Below are positions 29,207 through 43,287 of a DNA stretch of 64,000 nt, one piece after another. The stretch is from positions 48,794,001-48,858,000 of the forward strand of contig OX597835.1 of NCBI GenBank assembly GCA_951406725.2, written 5' to 3'. Source of the DNA: Octopus vulgaris. Taxonomy: Eukaryota. Below the pieces are notes generated by a model, which was not told where the DNA came from, searched no databases, and saw only the letters and a list, made by a program, of their open reading frames with translations. Each line of letters opens with the position of its first letter. Position 1 is the first letter of the stretch. Position numbers and translations under genes: made by a program.

Positions 29207-29730
29207 AGTTAGTTAGTTAGTTAGTTAATTTGGCTCAAAAGCAAATAGCAAGGCCATGTAGGGGGACATGGAGTTAAGTACAGGGTGGTGTTCATGTAAA
29301 GAGTTCAGGCCACTTGAGGTCCAGGGAGGCTTTGAACAAAGCGGTCGTCGGCATCTTCACCATCTCGTCTGGCAGCTTGTTCCACGGATCCGCAACCCGG
29401 GACGGAGAAAGCTCCTCTCCTTCGATTGAGATGAAATCGTCGCAGGTAGAGCTTTTCGGAATGACCCCGCAGCCGACGCTCCGGAGCAGGAGTGAAGAAC
29501 AGCTCTTTCGAGAGGTTACACTTCCCGCTTATGATGTTGTGGGCGAGAATGAGATCACCACGGCGGCGGCGTTTTTCAAGAGAACAAAGGTCGAGCGTCC
29601 TCAGCCTTTCTTCGTAGGACAAATTTTTGAGACCATGAACCATGCGGGTAGCCAGCCTCTGGACTCTTTCGAGGTGCTGTATGTCTTTGAGGAGATAAGG
29701 AGAAGAGGCTTGAATCCCATACTCCAATAT
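29207..29730 (-). mobile_element. CR1 LINE 3' end, 5'-truncated, with a (TAAC)n tail
   Basis: EYGIQASSPYLLKDIQHLERVQRLATRMVHGLKNLSYEERLRTLDLCSLEKRRRRGDLI...RLRGHSEKL, continuing after one frameshift to WNKLP. The tail reads taactaactaac. Confidence 0.92.
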
Positions 29731-29884
29731 GCAGATGACAGCACTTTGACACGTTCAGACACAGGTCCCAATCGTTAGACCACTTCCAAATTTGGTGGAG
29801 GCATCGACGAAGATCCTCTATACTACCGCGAGATTTAAATATATTATTATTAACGCTGTACTAAAAAAATTTACGCATTAAAAC

Positions 29885-29989
29885 GACAACGCGCGTTTCG
29901 TGACTATGTATACGAATCTACAATATCAAAATCGAAAATTAAAAATTAATATTTCTTTGATCCAACGATATATACCCAGTCTTCAGGTC
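29885..29989 (-). ncRNA. Hammerhead-like motif with a long AT-rich stem II region
   Basis: The reverse complement reads gac-CTGAAGA-(~80 nt)-GAAA-cgcgcg-TT-gtc, with a palindromic stem III and a 3-bp stem I. Confidence 0.55.
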
Positions 29990-30105
29990 TCAATACCATG
30001 AAATAAATTTCAGTAATACACGCGATCCAGAGAGGAGTAGATAGCGTGCTGTGACCAGCGGTGTCAAATGGACGCCCGGCGGACTAGTCGGTCAAGGTGA
30101 TCAAG

Positions 30106-30140
<35 letters not shown>

Positions 30141-30505
30141 ACATATATATACACGCACGCACATATGTACACATACATTTATGTATATATATATACATAT
30201 ATCCATACATGTGTGTGTATGTGTATTTGCATTCCTTTTGGTATTTTTCCGATAAGGTGGTGTGTGACAATGGAAAATGGTTCCATCAATGAAATTCGAA
30301 TAACAACAGCGATATTTGTTATATATTGAAATTTAAGGAAGTCTTACATATTATACATTTTTACAGTTCTACTTCCAGATACAATCTTTAAAGTTCGTGT
30401 TAGCTGGGGTCTATCTTTCCCAGCCACTAACTTTAACGTGTTGCATAAGATATTAGCAGAAACCGACTTACTCATGTACCATTCGACAGCTATCATGTAT
30501 ATGTG

Positions 30506-30550
<45 letters not shown>

Positions 30551-30597
30551 ATACATATATATATTACACATATCTGTACACACACGCGCGCATACAC

Positions 30598-30712
<115 letters not shown>

Positions 30713-30731
30713 GACATATATATATATATAT

Positions 30732-30769
<38 letters not shown>

Positions 30770-30829
30770 GGAGAGAGAAAGTGAGAGAGTGTTTCGGCTG
30801 TATGAACGAAGATGATGAGTCAATTACAA

Positions 30830-33000
30830 GAAATGAATCTTCCTTGACCGTCCATAAAGGAAGTGACTATAGTTTGGCCACATGTACCAATACAATTTCT
30901 AAATTGTCTCTCAGAACTCGCAGATGTAAACGAAACCTTCGTAAAGAAGCAAAAGAGGCTTTACTAACACTGAACAATAACAACTCAATCATCTTAAAGA
31001 ATGCTTTAAAAGATGGCGGCCATAGTCATTATGAGCTGAGACTGGGATGAAAACTAAATATCAGATCAGCTGATAGACGAATATTACTCTAAGAAAGAAT
31101 TAAGGAAACGCAGAAAAAAACAATCATGAACAAAATTTCTTTACGCAATTCTAAAATTAGAGCAATTGATAAGGATTGTCCAAGAACCATAAAAGCTCGG
31201 AGAGTTCGGGAGATTTAAACGAACAGAAGAACCAGCAGATGAAAACCTTAAGACCAACTGATCTCAAACTGAGCCTGATCCTTGCAGGACTACAATTTCC
31301 AACAGAACGGCCTAAGCCTTGATGCATTCCACCTATTAATACCCAACTGTGGAGGCGCAATGGCCCAGTGGTTAGAGCAGCGGACTCGCGGTCGTAGGAT
31401 CGCGGTTTCGATTCCCAGACCGGTCGTTGTGAATGTTTATTGAGCGAAAACACCTAAAGCTCCACGAGGCTCCGGCAGGGATGATGGTGATCCCTGCTGT
31501 ACTCTTTCACCACAACTTTCTCTCACTCTTACTTCCTATTTCTGTTGTATCTGTATTTCAAAGGGCCGGCCTTGTCACTCTCTGTGTCACGCTGAATATC
31601 CCCGAGAACTACGTTAAGGGTACACGTGTCTGTGGAGAGCTCAGCCACTTACACGTTAATTTCACGAGCAGGCTGTTCCGTTGATCGGATCAACCTGAAC
31701 CCAACTATATTCGAGATGGTTTGGATTTTCTCAAATACATCCCATTTACTGCTCCAGAATGAACTATACTAACAAACTTTGGTGCTAGTTACATTTATAC
31801 CAGCATATAACACACTTTAGGTCTGGAAGCAATCACACACTGGGTAGAAGATATAGAGAGATAAAAATCGAACGTTTTAAAATGAACTTCATCAAAGTTA
31901 TACGCTCAGTACTGGAAGAGTATATGTTCAAATTAGATTGTGAAATATATGGAATAATAAACTGCACAGCTCCGGGAACAAAGTATACACCCTTCTATGC
32001 TAATCTTAAGATGAGTTTCTTACAAAAAGTATTATGCCAGGAAGTAGAGAAAACTTTTTACTTAAATTTTAAAATGTGTTTGAAAATTGGATGAAAGCAT
32101 TCTTCGATGAATGAATTACTTTGGGGGAAAAAAATCAAAAGATGAGCTACAAATGTTCAACATTTTGTACATCCTGCGGTCATTTATTAAATTTGCAACA
32201 GAAACTAGACATGGTAATCTACCTTCCTTAGACATACACGTGAAATTATGTAACTGAATACTTTCAGTCTACACACACCAAACAGAACGTTTTAGATATA
32301 TGGTAAGATGTAATTGTGCAATAGTAGTTGACTTTAAATTAATGGTTTGAAAGGCTTCCTGAATTATCACTTCGATTGATAAAACAATGTGGTTACAAAA
32401 ACAATGAAACTAGACATTATACAACTGAAGACGCCTAGGAAAATTGTTAAGGAAAATACTATTCCGTTGACCAATGAATGTGGTCCAGGAGTGACCAATA
32501 TATTCAACGTTATGAAATATTTACAATATTTTTTCAATGCTCCTGGTTGAAGAAAATCTCATAAGGAACAGCAAATGTCAATCAAAACATCTTTAAAAGC
32601 AGTTCACTAGAGCAAAATTCCCATCAGAGAATAATTCTGGATTCTCCGTGAAAGAGAATCGATGTGGAATATGCAGTAACAGCAAATGTTTCCAATATTC
32701 CTTTACTAGTCCTCATATGAAATTTAGAAGTTGATTCTCCTTCCAAGTCTAATATATCGTATAAATTGTCCCAATTGCAAAGAGGATTATAATGACGAGA
32801 CAGAAAACTCCCTTTGCCAACGTGCAAGAATTCATAGACAATATATCAAACGAATGGAATTTACATAAGGTCCCACTGAGAAAACATCTCGAAATACGCG
32901 GAAACAGCAGATTCAAGATTTTTTCATTATGAAAATGCCCAAAGGATGATCCGGAATACCGGAAGGAAATGAAAATACATTTTTAAAAAAATAAGTCGCC
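30830..33000 (+). mobile_element. Heavily decayed Penelope-like element (RT and GIY-YIG relic)
   Basis: NLRKEAKEALLTLNNNNSIILKNALKDGG, YIRDGLDFLKYIP, LGLEAITHWVE and APGTKYTPFYANLKMSFL mostly align by eye with the Penelope-like ORF at 59027-60812. There are many stops. Confidence 0.75.
31349..31698 (+). mobile_element. tRNA-derived SINE, family C, inserted in the Penelope relic, with an 8-bp TSD
   Basis: The A box is tggcccagtgg and the B box gtttcgattcc. acccaact flanks it at 31341-31348 and 31699-31706. Confidence 0.9.
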
Positions 33001-33190
33001 ATACTAAACGTGTATAAAGTAAATTTATAAAAATATGAGAAATCTTTATTGAAAAAATTACTTTTCCAGATGAACCAAACGAAATAATCATTTGATATTA
33101 TTTCTAATGATATTCTGATTACTATTACTAAAATTACCGAGAAAATTAATACTCGAACACTCAACACATATTCTCTCTCTCTCTCTCTCT

Positions 33191-33229
<39 letters not shown>

Positions 33230-33726
33230 ACACACACACACACACTCTTTCTCTCTCTCTCACACACACACACACAGTCAAACACAGTTTGAAATACAGA
33301 CCCCATACACACACACATGTTCACTCACACATACTTAAAAGTCTTCCTAAACATTTTACTGAATGGTTTAACAACCTAGCAGCTGACCAAACATCCAATC
33401 AGTGACTAAAAGCATCAATGAGTTGCAGTTTATAAAGGTTTGATTTCTTTTCACCTATCGTCAACTCAATCATCTCCGAAAACACTTCATAATTTTTGTT
33501 TTCTCAATTTATTTTCTTCTTTCTCCTACCAAGCCTCAAAAAGATCATTCGTATATGCTTTGTCATAAAAAAAAATTACAACCCACATACATAGAAATAC
33601 AAAATGACAAAGAACATCTCAGACGACCACTTCGCAACAACCTTCAACCAAAAACCAAGAAAAGTTGTATTATCTCATGTTTATATAAAACGAAGGAATT
33701 TCTAAGAACTTACGACCTCCTTCTTG

Positions 33727-33879
33727 ACGAGGCTGTGTGGTAAGAAGTTTGCTTCCCAATCACATGGTTCCGAGTTCAGTCCCACTGCGTGGCACCTTGC
33801 GCGTCTTCTACTATAGCCTCGGGCTAACCAAAGCCTTGTAAGCGGAATTGATTAGACGAAAATTGAAAGAAGCCCGTCG

Positions 33880-33948
<69 letters not shown>

Positions 33949-33990
33949 CCCAGCTGGGTCTCAATCTAATGACTGAAATATATAAAAGAT
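33727..33990 (+). mobile_element. SINE family A, internally deleted
   Basis: ggctgtgtggtaagaagtttgcttcccaatcacatggttccgagttcagtcccactgcgtggcacc...aagaagcccgtcgtat(GT)n...atgactgaaa. Confidence 0.8.
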
Positions 33991-34617
33991 AAAATATATA
34001 AAGGCTGTATACCACTACAAACAATCTATATACATGTGAATATGTATATATTTTTAGCTATATATGTATGTATTTTATATTTGTATGCACATATGTATGT
34101 ATCCTGAATGTTTAAAATGTGTATTTTAATGTATATTCGCAATCACAGTCGGTGTTGACCCGAGCCCGATGAGTGGAATTTGGTCAATGGAATTGATCAA
34201 TGTAGTCCAAATAGGAAGCTGCTGCGCAGCCACATCCTGCAGACCCAAGATGAACCTGAGTCTGAAGTAAAAGCAGCGTCTATATTATGACCTCCATCAA
34301 TTTGTGTCCCATTTTACCTTTACAGACGTGCAACTTTGCTTTCACAATTTATTCACTTATATCTAAGTAGTCTTTAGGATTAATCAAGCTTTACATGTGG
34401 TCGATTGTATAGTCTGAAATAGCGCACACCTTATAATGTTAATAGTGGAAAAGGAGTCATTGGATCCAGTATATTCCCATATATGGTGCTTGGGAATATT
34501 CTGAAAGTATGCTGGCTTGATCGTTTCGCTCATTGTCTCTCTCTCACCTGAAATGGCCCGCAATTAACAACAATAGCAACAACAGTAGCAGCAATGTTAC
34601 GATTAAAATCACTTGTC

Positions 34618-34700
34618 TACGAGTTGCTATCAGAAAGTTCCCGGACTGGTTCTGTAGCACGCCAACAGATGGCAGCACACGGTTGCGTGCACAGTGAGAG
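34618..34700 (+). mobile_element. Solo mariner-like left end
   Basis: TA-cgagttgctatcagaaagttcccggactg resembles the TA-flanked mariner TIR at 53063. No partner TIR was found. Confidence 0.45.
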
Positions 34701-36274
34701 CATATATATATAAATATATCGGGGCCTTCACAAGAAAGAGCCCGAACATCTATTGACCCCTATATGTAACTTCACATTTGCTGTAAATATGGTCCTCATG
34801 ACGAAAGCATCAGCTATGTGACTGGGTGAAAGTCGCCTCGCAATCACATTGCTCTTGTTTCGATTCTGCTGTGAAGCAGAAAGTAAAATAAACATTTTTT
34901 TTTCTCTAACATGACTTTCACTCGCTCAAACTTTATGTGTTTTTGGGTGAAAGGTGAAAGGTGAAACTTGTTATTGAGTGTCTGACCTTTACCGTCACGT
35001 GGTTTCATACCTTTCTTTGACAACCTTTAGCGAGGCCCACTCTGTTGTGGAAATTCAGATCAAGCCTCGAGTCATAGGATAAATCGATATCTTGAACCGT
35101 TGCCCCCTACTGAAGCAACCAATGAACTATCGAATCCTCAAATCTCTTCTACCAATGTTTGAGGTACCGACACGGCCCTTTTCACTCTCGTATTACACTA
35201 ATTAAAACACTGAAATAGGTCCACACAGATACAAGTATTTCTTCTCCGTTTGTAAGTTTGTTGAGAGAAGAGGAGGCTGTGGCCAGGATCTTTGAAGTAA
35301 GCTTCCCATCCAAGAGTGGTGGAACTGGGACCTCAAGTACAAAATCTGGGTGAGCGATTTTAGGACAATGTATATGGAACGGAAACCGGAAGCGAGGATA
35401 CATTCTCATTGCTAGAAGGATGCAAGGACCGGAGGAGGGCGTCGAACAGTATGATCGGATCATGATTCAATCCAAACCACAGAGACGATGTGGATGGGTT
35501 AAACTTTGTGAGGTACCAAACCAAACGTTTAACTGAAAGTACCCAATGATTAATTGGTTGTGGTGTTAATCTGGGAAGAGTGATAATCTAGGTGTATCTC
35601 TCGTCCTCTACAGAATGGTCTATTATACCTGTCATCCAGTTATTGGTATACAAGTTTATTTGGTAGTGTTGAGCACAGTGGAATTATTGGACTATCACTT
35701 AACTACTGCTACACAAGAACTAGAAGGGGATGCTACCCGTAACAAATTTCGACGACAACCTATGTACAAACACATTGTGATAATTGTGTTCGGCAGGAGC
35801 TGCGTTTGGACTGCCATCCGACGAAATATACCGAACATAGAGGTTTTGCTGTTAAAAAGAGAAGCATCTCACAAAGGGCATTATGAAAAAAACACGTGAC
35901 TGAAGTGAAATTATTCCAGCTAAGAATTGAAATCGAAATACGGTCTTTCAAGGCCAGAAATTCTTCGTCCCTTGGTTGTGCCTTTCAACAATTTCTATTG
36001 GTCTCTTGGTCTAATGCCAAGTTTAATAAAAATAAAGAATTATTATTATCATAATTACAATTGCTTGGAAAATTTTGGATATGCATGAAATTATTTCTCA
36101 TGTAAGAATCATAAGGTGCACAGCTCTTTAGGGAATGAATTTAGTCCTGACGGAGGTGGGTAGCAATAAAGGAAAGGAATCGATGTGGCATCGCTGGTTG
36201 TAGAATTTTGTAGGTTACGGCGGTCAGGGCTGCTTCCTATCCCATTCAAATACTCAATTTAATAATAATAAGAA

Positions 36275-36333
<59 letters not shown>

Positions 36334-36417
36334 ATGTATATATATTCAAATAATAATGTGTACATATCAAAACGTATGCATATACTAATATATAAATATA
36401 CTCACGTGTATGTATTC

Positions 36418-36469
<52 letters not shown>

Positions 36470-36832
36470 TTGGGACATGTTGTAGTGTCCTCTAGGTAGT
36501 TGGCAACTTATATCACAACTTGGGATTCTTCACATAATACTTATTTCACCCACCCACCCACCGCTGCACCATCGCATTCGTCCAACCCTCGGTCCTTTAA
36601 CAACACAAATAGCATAAGCAAAGAGAAAAACTAATAAATAACTTAATAAGCAATTAGTGAGCCGTTCTCACCTGACAGGGGAATTGTTAAATATCTGACC
36701 TTTAATGGGGGACTAACCGAAAATATTAAAACAAAAATTGAAATGGGAAATAGTTATGAACGAATATGGCGTACCAGTGACGCCACCAAATGCGACGATG
36801 AAGAATTAAATTCCCTTATCAATGGTAGCAGC

Positions 36833-36916
<84 letters not shown>

Positions 36917-37205
36917 GGTGGTGGTGGTGGTGCCTGCATTTTTTCCTTATACATTTTATCTTCTTCGTTCATCCTTGTTTGCTTACTGTTACTATGTTGT
37001 TGTGTGTACATATATATATATATATATTTGTGTAATGCGTTAGCCCAACCACTCATCCACCAACAGAGCCACCTCCACCACCACCACCAACACTGCCAAC
37101 ACGAATGAGTTATTAAAACGTTCTCTTTCTTTCTCTCTCTCTCTCTCCCTCTCATACACACAACGTGAAAGGTCAAACGATATCTGAGGTTCGTTCCAAA
37201 CCTAT

Positions 37206-37241
<36 letters not shown>

Positions 37242-37305
37242 GTCATCATCATCGTCATCATCATCATCATTATTATTATTATTATTATTATTATCATTAT
37301 TATTA

Positions 37306-37360
<55 letters not shown>

Positions 37361-37962
37361 GTCTTTCTGCTTCTGTTGCACTAGCAACTCCCCTATCTAT
37401 TTATCTACACACACACACACACACACATACACGCGCGCACACACACACACACGCACCCCACTCCGCCACACTCCGCCCCACTAATGGCCATGTATGTCCT
37501 CCTCTCTCTTTATAAGTGGGTCCCTTAACAACCGAGATAACAAAGCAAAAGAGTACAATAAATAAATAAAAGCAACCATGTCCGACCTTGGTCTGATGAA
37601 TTCTATTCTTTGGAGAAATAAATATAAAAGACACACATTGCCACTGAGATGTGACTTTCAGGGAACATTGGTGTCTGAGAGTTCCCTAAACTATAAACCG
37701 TTCCAAAAATGACCAATTTTCCTCCAAATTCATTAAAAATAGAAACTTAAGGAATAACAACCACAACAACAACATGTTGCTAAAATTTACCGTAAATTTG
37801 CCATTTTAGCTTTTAAGTATTAGCTCCGCCCCCTTGAGGAACATGTGACTGAAATTGACGAAATATGAATATTGAAGCAATATCGGTAAAAAATAAAGAA
37901 AATCCCTGTAATACGATTGGTTGCATTGAAGTGTCACCATGAAACTCGGGTATGTATATGTG

Positions 37963-38000
<38 letters not shown>

Positions 38001-38010
38001 CATATACATA

Positions 38011-38068
<58 letters not shown>

Positions 38069-38073
38069 TATAC

Positions 38074-38151
<78 letters not shown>

Positions 38152-38207
38152 TATATATGATATATACATACGCATATATACATATGTATATACACACATT
38201 TATATAC

Positions 38208-38256
<49 letters not shown>

Positions 38257-39884
38257 TGTATGTATGTATGTATGTATATGTATATACGTGTGTTTCGGTA
38301 CATATGTTACACGCATATACGTATATGTGCATACGTGTGTGTGTAATACACCTTTGTTTATATATGGTGTATATTATACCGATCAATGTGGTCAATATTT
38401 GTATAAAACTTGAAATATATTTGCTATTACATCTCCATACGCATACAATATTTGAATATGTTTTGTAATATATAATTTATTACATATTTATATATCTAGT
38501 GGAACACATCAATATATGTTGTTATATATATAATATTAGCATACATTTACATATATATATATTTGATATTTAGATAAATTTTGTATATCAAATTTCTATA
38601 ATATATTCTCATCTACATATTTGGGCAATATTCGCATCTATTTCTTCATATGTACATATACTATATTTACATATTCGAACAATATTTGTGAAATATTATT
38701 TAATGTTACTAATCAGGAATTAACAAATTTTAAATAAAAAATGAAGCAATTCCGACTCTTTACGCTTTTCCCTTTGCAACATGGTAGTAACTCACTAAAT
38801 ATTAGCACAAATAATTGCCAAACCTATTCCCCGACACAAGTCATGAAACAAAACCGCTTCGCCCATCGAATAAATGGGTCCCAGATCAAAGACAAAGATT
38901 ATCCCCATGGTATTGGAACTCATAACGCGCACAAAGGAAGCAAAATACTACAAATTATTTAGTCGGTCCTTTTACTATTCCTGCCTCCATTTCATTATAA
39001 TGTTTGTTTGTTTGTCTGTTTGTGTTTGTTTGCTTGCGAGTATCAAGTTTTTATTTTTTTATTTTTAGTTGTTACTATTAATAATAAAGGAGTCTTGCGC
39101 AGTGGTCGATCGACAAAAAAAAGTATGCTTTGTATTTAGACACCATGTGTTCAACTCCTTGTAGGTTTTGACATCGCATTTTACAGCCGTCCGAGAGTCG
39201 CTAAAATAAAATACACTTCAAGTACTGATGGGGATTGAATCGATTGTTCCCCTTTCCAATAAATAGATACCAATACTAAAATCAGGTGGTTTAATAGAAT
39301 CGATAGAGGAAACAGAGAAAAATGCTTTGCATTATGTAGTCGCTATGTTATGTCGGCGTGCTGACCGAACCGTTAGCTCACCCGGACAAGGTACTTACCA
39401 GTATTTCGTTCGTCTTACGACCTGAATGCTCATTTCACAGAGGGTGACTTCACCTTTCTTCTTGTCGGGTTCGATAAAATTAGTAGCAGTCGAGCACTTG
39501 GGTGGGAGATGTAATTGACTAATTCCCCCAAAATTACAGGCCTTGTACCTTTGGTAGAAAGTATTATGTAGTCGCTATGCGTTTTTGTGTTCAAATCCAA
39601 CTCGGGCTCCTTTATAATTTTTTTTATCCTGCTGGGCTTGATAAATCTAAACCAGAAGTGTAATGATGTCCCTTTAATTGCTAATGCTGTGAAGGCAGAA
39701 ATTTCTTAATTCCATCCAAGGATCGAGGAAGAAACCCGAAATATGTTTGTCCTCAAACCAAATCCCAAAGATCTAAGCCTTTTAACAGAAGTCACAAACT
39801 GAAGGAGACATTTTTGTTTTACTTCAATTATTTTGTTTGTACCTCACAGCTCCAAATGACTGGGAGGTCATGCTTCAAAAAAAT

Positions 39885-40133
39885 GCCAACGTGTGAGTGG
39901 TTGAGCACTCCACAGACACCCGTACCCTCAACACAGTTCTCAAGGAGATTCAATGTGAGACAGAATGGAACAAGGCTGGCCCTATGAACAACATTTTCGC
40001 CAACTGAGTGGAGAGGAGCGACATCAAATAAAGTGTCTTGCTTAAGGACACAATGCTACGCCGGGAATCGAACTGACGATCGTGAGCAGAATATCCACCC
40101 CGCCCCACACCCCAACCGCTAAACCACGCGCCT
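39885..40133 (-). mobile_element. SINE family C-related, degenerate
   Basis: The reverse complement reads gaggcgcgtggtttagcggtt...agttcgattcccggcg...ccttaagcaagacacttta...agggccagccttgttcc...gggtacgggtgtctgtggagtgctcaaccac. Confidence 0.75.
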
Positions 40134-40249
40134 CGATTGGTCAAGAAATTCTGTTAAGGAATACCTTTAAATTTCTTTGGAATTATTTAAAGGGTCGGCG
40201 CACCTGCGTCATAAATGTAGATATTACAACTAAGGAAATGCGAGCAATT

Positions 40250-40413
40250 CCGAGGGAGGGGGTAAGTCAATCACATGGACCCCCAGTATTCAACCCTCAT
40301 TTATATTATCGACACCGAAAGGATGAAAAGCAAAAGTCGACCCCGGCGAAATTTGAACTCAGAACGTAAAGACAATTGAAATGCCGGCTCGATAACGTTT
40401 CTGACAGCCCACC
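40250..40413 (-). mobile_element. SINE family B, degenerate
   Basis: aaaggatgaaaagcaaaagtcgaccccggcgaaatttgaactcagaacgtaaagac. Confidence 0.75.
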
Positions 40414-40417
40414 TTAA

Positions 40418-41141
40418 CCCTTCGTGGGCTGGCAGGGTCGGAATTACACAAAACGCCATTGAGGTCCCCTTTTAGTTTTGCGCATTTCCGCACTATCCAT
40501 AAAGTAATATTTGTTTAATCTAAGACGGCGAGCTGGCAGAAATGTTAGCACGCCGGGCGAAACACTTAGGAGTATTCCGTCTGTCTTTACGTTCTGAGTT
40601 CAAATTCCGCCGAGGTAAACTTTGCCTTTCATCCTTTCGGGGTCGATAAATTAAGTACTAGTTGTGTACTGGAGTCGATCTAATCGCCTGGCCCCCTCCC
40701 CAAAAATTCCCGGCCTTGTGCCTAGAGTAGGAAACGATATTTGTTTAATCTCGTATATATGTGTGAGTGCATGATACAGAACAAGAAATTTAGCACTTTG
40801 TATAGTTTTATAAACTCTACATATAGCACTAAATATGAAATGAAACAAAAAGAATAAAAGAAAAAGTATATCGATTCATAGCAGAACAAATACGAAGAAA
40901 ATTGATTTAGAGTTCATCAGAACATCTTAAAAAAGAACAGAAAAAAATAATAATTTTACAGAAGGCCAATATGGTCATTGGGGTCCAACTGGACCATATT
41001 TTATGCATCGATATGACTGGAAATTTGTAAATAGAAATTTGTATGTGCATTGTATTGCCACTAAAAGCCACGAGATATAAATCATTTAGATAAAAAATAT
41101 AAAAGTTGCATAAAGTTTTAAAATTTCCTGCCCACGAAGGG
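40418..41141. mobile_element. Non-autonomous piggyBac-type element
   Basis: TTAA|cccttcgtgggc ... gcccacgaaggg|TTAA gives 12-bp perfect TIRs, CCC/GGG termini and a TTAA target duplication. Confidence 0.85.
40522..40736 (+). mobile_element. SINE family B, full length, with a 15-bp TSD
   Basis: atatttgtttaatct flanks it at 40507-40521 and 40737-40751. Confidence 0.93.
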
Positions 41142-41827
41142 TTAAAGTAGATAAGTAATATTAAACATACATGGTTGCTCGGCTTCTTGTAGGTAGTCAC
41201 AATATTCTGGAATATTCTGGAGGGCTATTCTTTGGCAAGCACATTTTAGTAAAGAATGCATTTTAATTTCATTTAAATTCTCGGTATACTTTACTCATAT
41301 CGAAAGATATGTGAGCGATGTCAATGATATTACACCTATAACATTGTTTGGTTGCTAAAAATTGGTGACTACGATTGGTCTCTTCCACTAATTGCAGCTT
41401 TCATTAATTAGACTGTGGTCCTGTAGTTGGATGATTATCCCCTGGTCATCAGTGAGGCATTGATTCTTATGCTGAATTTGGAAAATAGAAAAGACACTAC
41501 GATGCGTGTAATTAGAAACCATTTCTGTCATTCGACGCTCTGGATGAAACCAAAACAGAAGGAAGGCAGAGATGGTGTTCGGGTGATTTGAACTAAGAAA
41601 AAGAAGGAGGAGGAGAAGAAGGAGGAGGAGGAGGAGGAGGAGGAGGAGGAGGAGGAGAAGAAGAAGAAGAAGAAGAAGAAGAAGAAGAAGAAGAAGAAGA
41701 AGAAGAAGAAGAAGAAGAAGAAAAAACTGCAAGCTACCGAATTTAACACGTCTGATCTCATGAGTAACAATGTTCATGTCTTGTGTGTGTGTGAGTGTGT
41801 ATGTATATATATATATACACACACATA

Positions 41828-41866
<39 letters not shown>

Positions 41867-42099
41867 TTTGCATTTGAATATAAATTACCAAAGTGAGAAA
41901 ACTCAACATATAATAGCAGAAAATATTTTCAAATATGATGTCTTTGAAATTAGTTAATTTGTATCTTAATTATGTGAGTATAAAATATAAAAAATGAGGT
42001 TTCATAACACTGAAACAGCTGTCGAGCTCAGTGGAATAACGCACTCCAAAGGAGAAATGTGCTTTTTTACTTTAAATATACACAAAATATATAAATTAT

Positions 42100-42141
42100 C
42101 CGTGACCAGTTTTGTAGCATGCATCATGAATCTTCAGCAGG
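42100..42141 (-). ncRNA. Decayed hammerhead relic
   Basis: The reverse complement reads cctg-CTGAAGA-ttcatgatgcatgctac-AAAA-ctg-GTC-acgg. The GAAA>AAAA and ccgg>ctgg changes are consistent with CpG decay. Confidence 0.45.
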
Positions 42142-42691
42142 AGAGATATCCGTAATCGTAGGCGGACTACGAAATTATTCAATATATCAAAAATCATTTC
42201 AACATATAAATTTCAACAAATTTCCCGAAACCATAGAGATCCGATTTCCTAAATATACGTGGGGAAGCAGCGATATTTCGTATGGCGTTCTCTTTCCCAA
42301 AAGTAGTTAAAAGGAGAAACAAGATCTCTAAAACTCTTAGAATAATCATATGAATAATATGTAATGCATCGGTGCACGATAACGGTTTATGGATATCGTT
42401 TGAAATTTGTATACATTTAAGAAACTCTATCTTGCTCAAGAATACGAGGCTATAAAAGCTATATGTGTATAATATATTTAAATACAGAAAACACGTACAT
42501 TAAACATGTATTAGATGTCAGAAATTTTCAAGGAACATAAAACCGAATTAACCCAGGATATCCTATATTTCTCTTACAAAGAAAAGACTTATTGTTTGAT
42601 TTAATATATTGAAGTCTCTGCCTTACATACACGAAATATACACCGAGTGCGGAAAGATAAGGGGCAAATTATAGCCTCGTATATATATATG

Positions 42692-42769
<78 letters not shown>

Positions 42770-43083
42770 TATGCATATTTGCAAACATGCATACATATAT
42801 ATATATGTGTGCATGTTCGCATACATACGTGTATGTATGAATGTCGGTAAGTAGGTAGGTAGGTAATTAATATATGTTTCTAGTAGCTAATCAAAACTTG
42901 GGTATACACCTTGTAATATGCCCATTGAAGCTCTTTCCCTGTCTCTGACTACCTGATGTCATCTGCAGTATTGATATAAATGCTAGAGAATCTACTGGAA
43001 TTGCTGTGCTCCTCGCGTATATAATAAATGACATATTACATAAAGTCAAGTATTATATAACATTGCCACGGCACATAGATGTT

Positions 43084-43227
<144 letters not shown>

Positions 43228-43228
43228 T

Positions 43229-43286
43229 AGGCGCAGGCGTGGCTGTGTTGTAAGAAACTTGCTTCCCAACCACATAGTTCCGGAAC
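43229..43286 (+). mobile_element. SINE family A head only
   Basis: aggcgcaggcgtggctgtgttgtaagaaacttgcttcccaaccacatagttccgg. Confidence 0.75.
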
Positions 43287-43287
43287 A

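Noticed and set aside
31352-31425. tRNA-like sequence with A and B boxes
   Set aside because: It has no proper acceptor stem, continues into a SINE body and is bounded by a TSD.
37592-37632. CTGATGA...GAAA hammerhead-like spacing
   Set aside because: Stem I cannot form and stem III is unconvincing.
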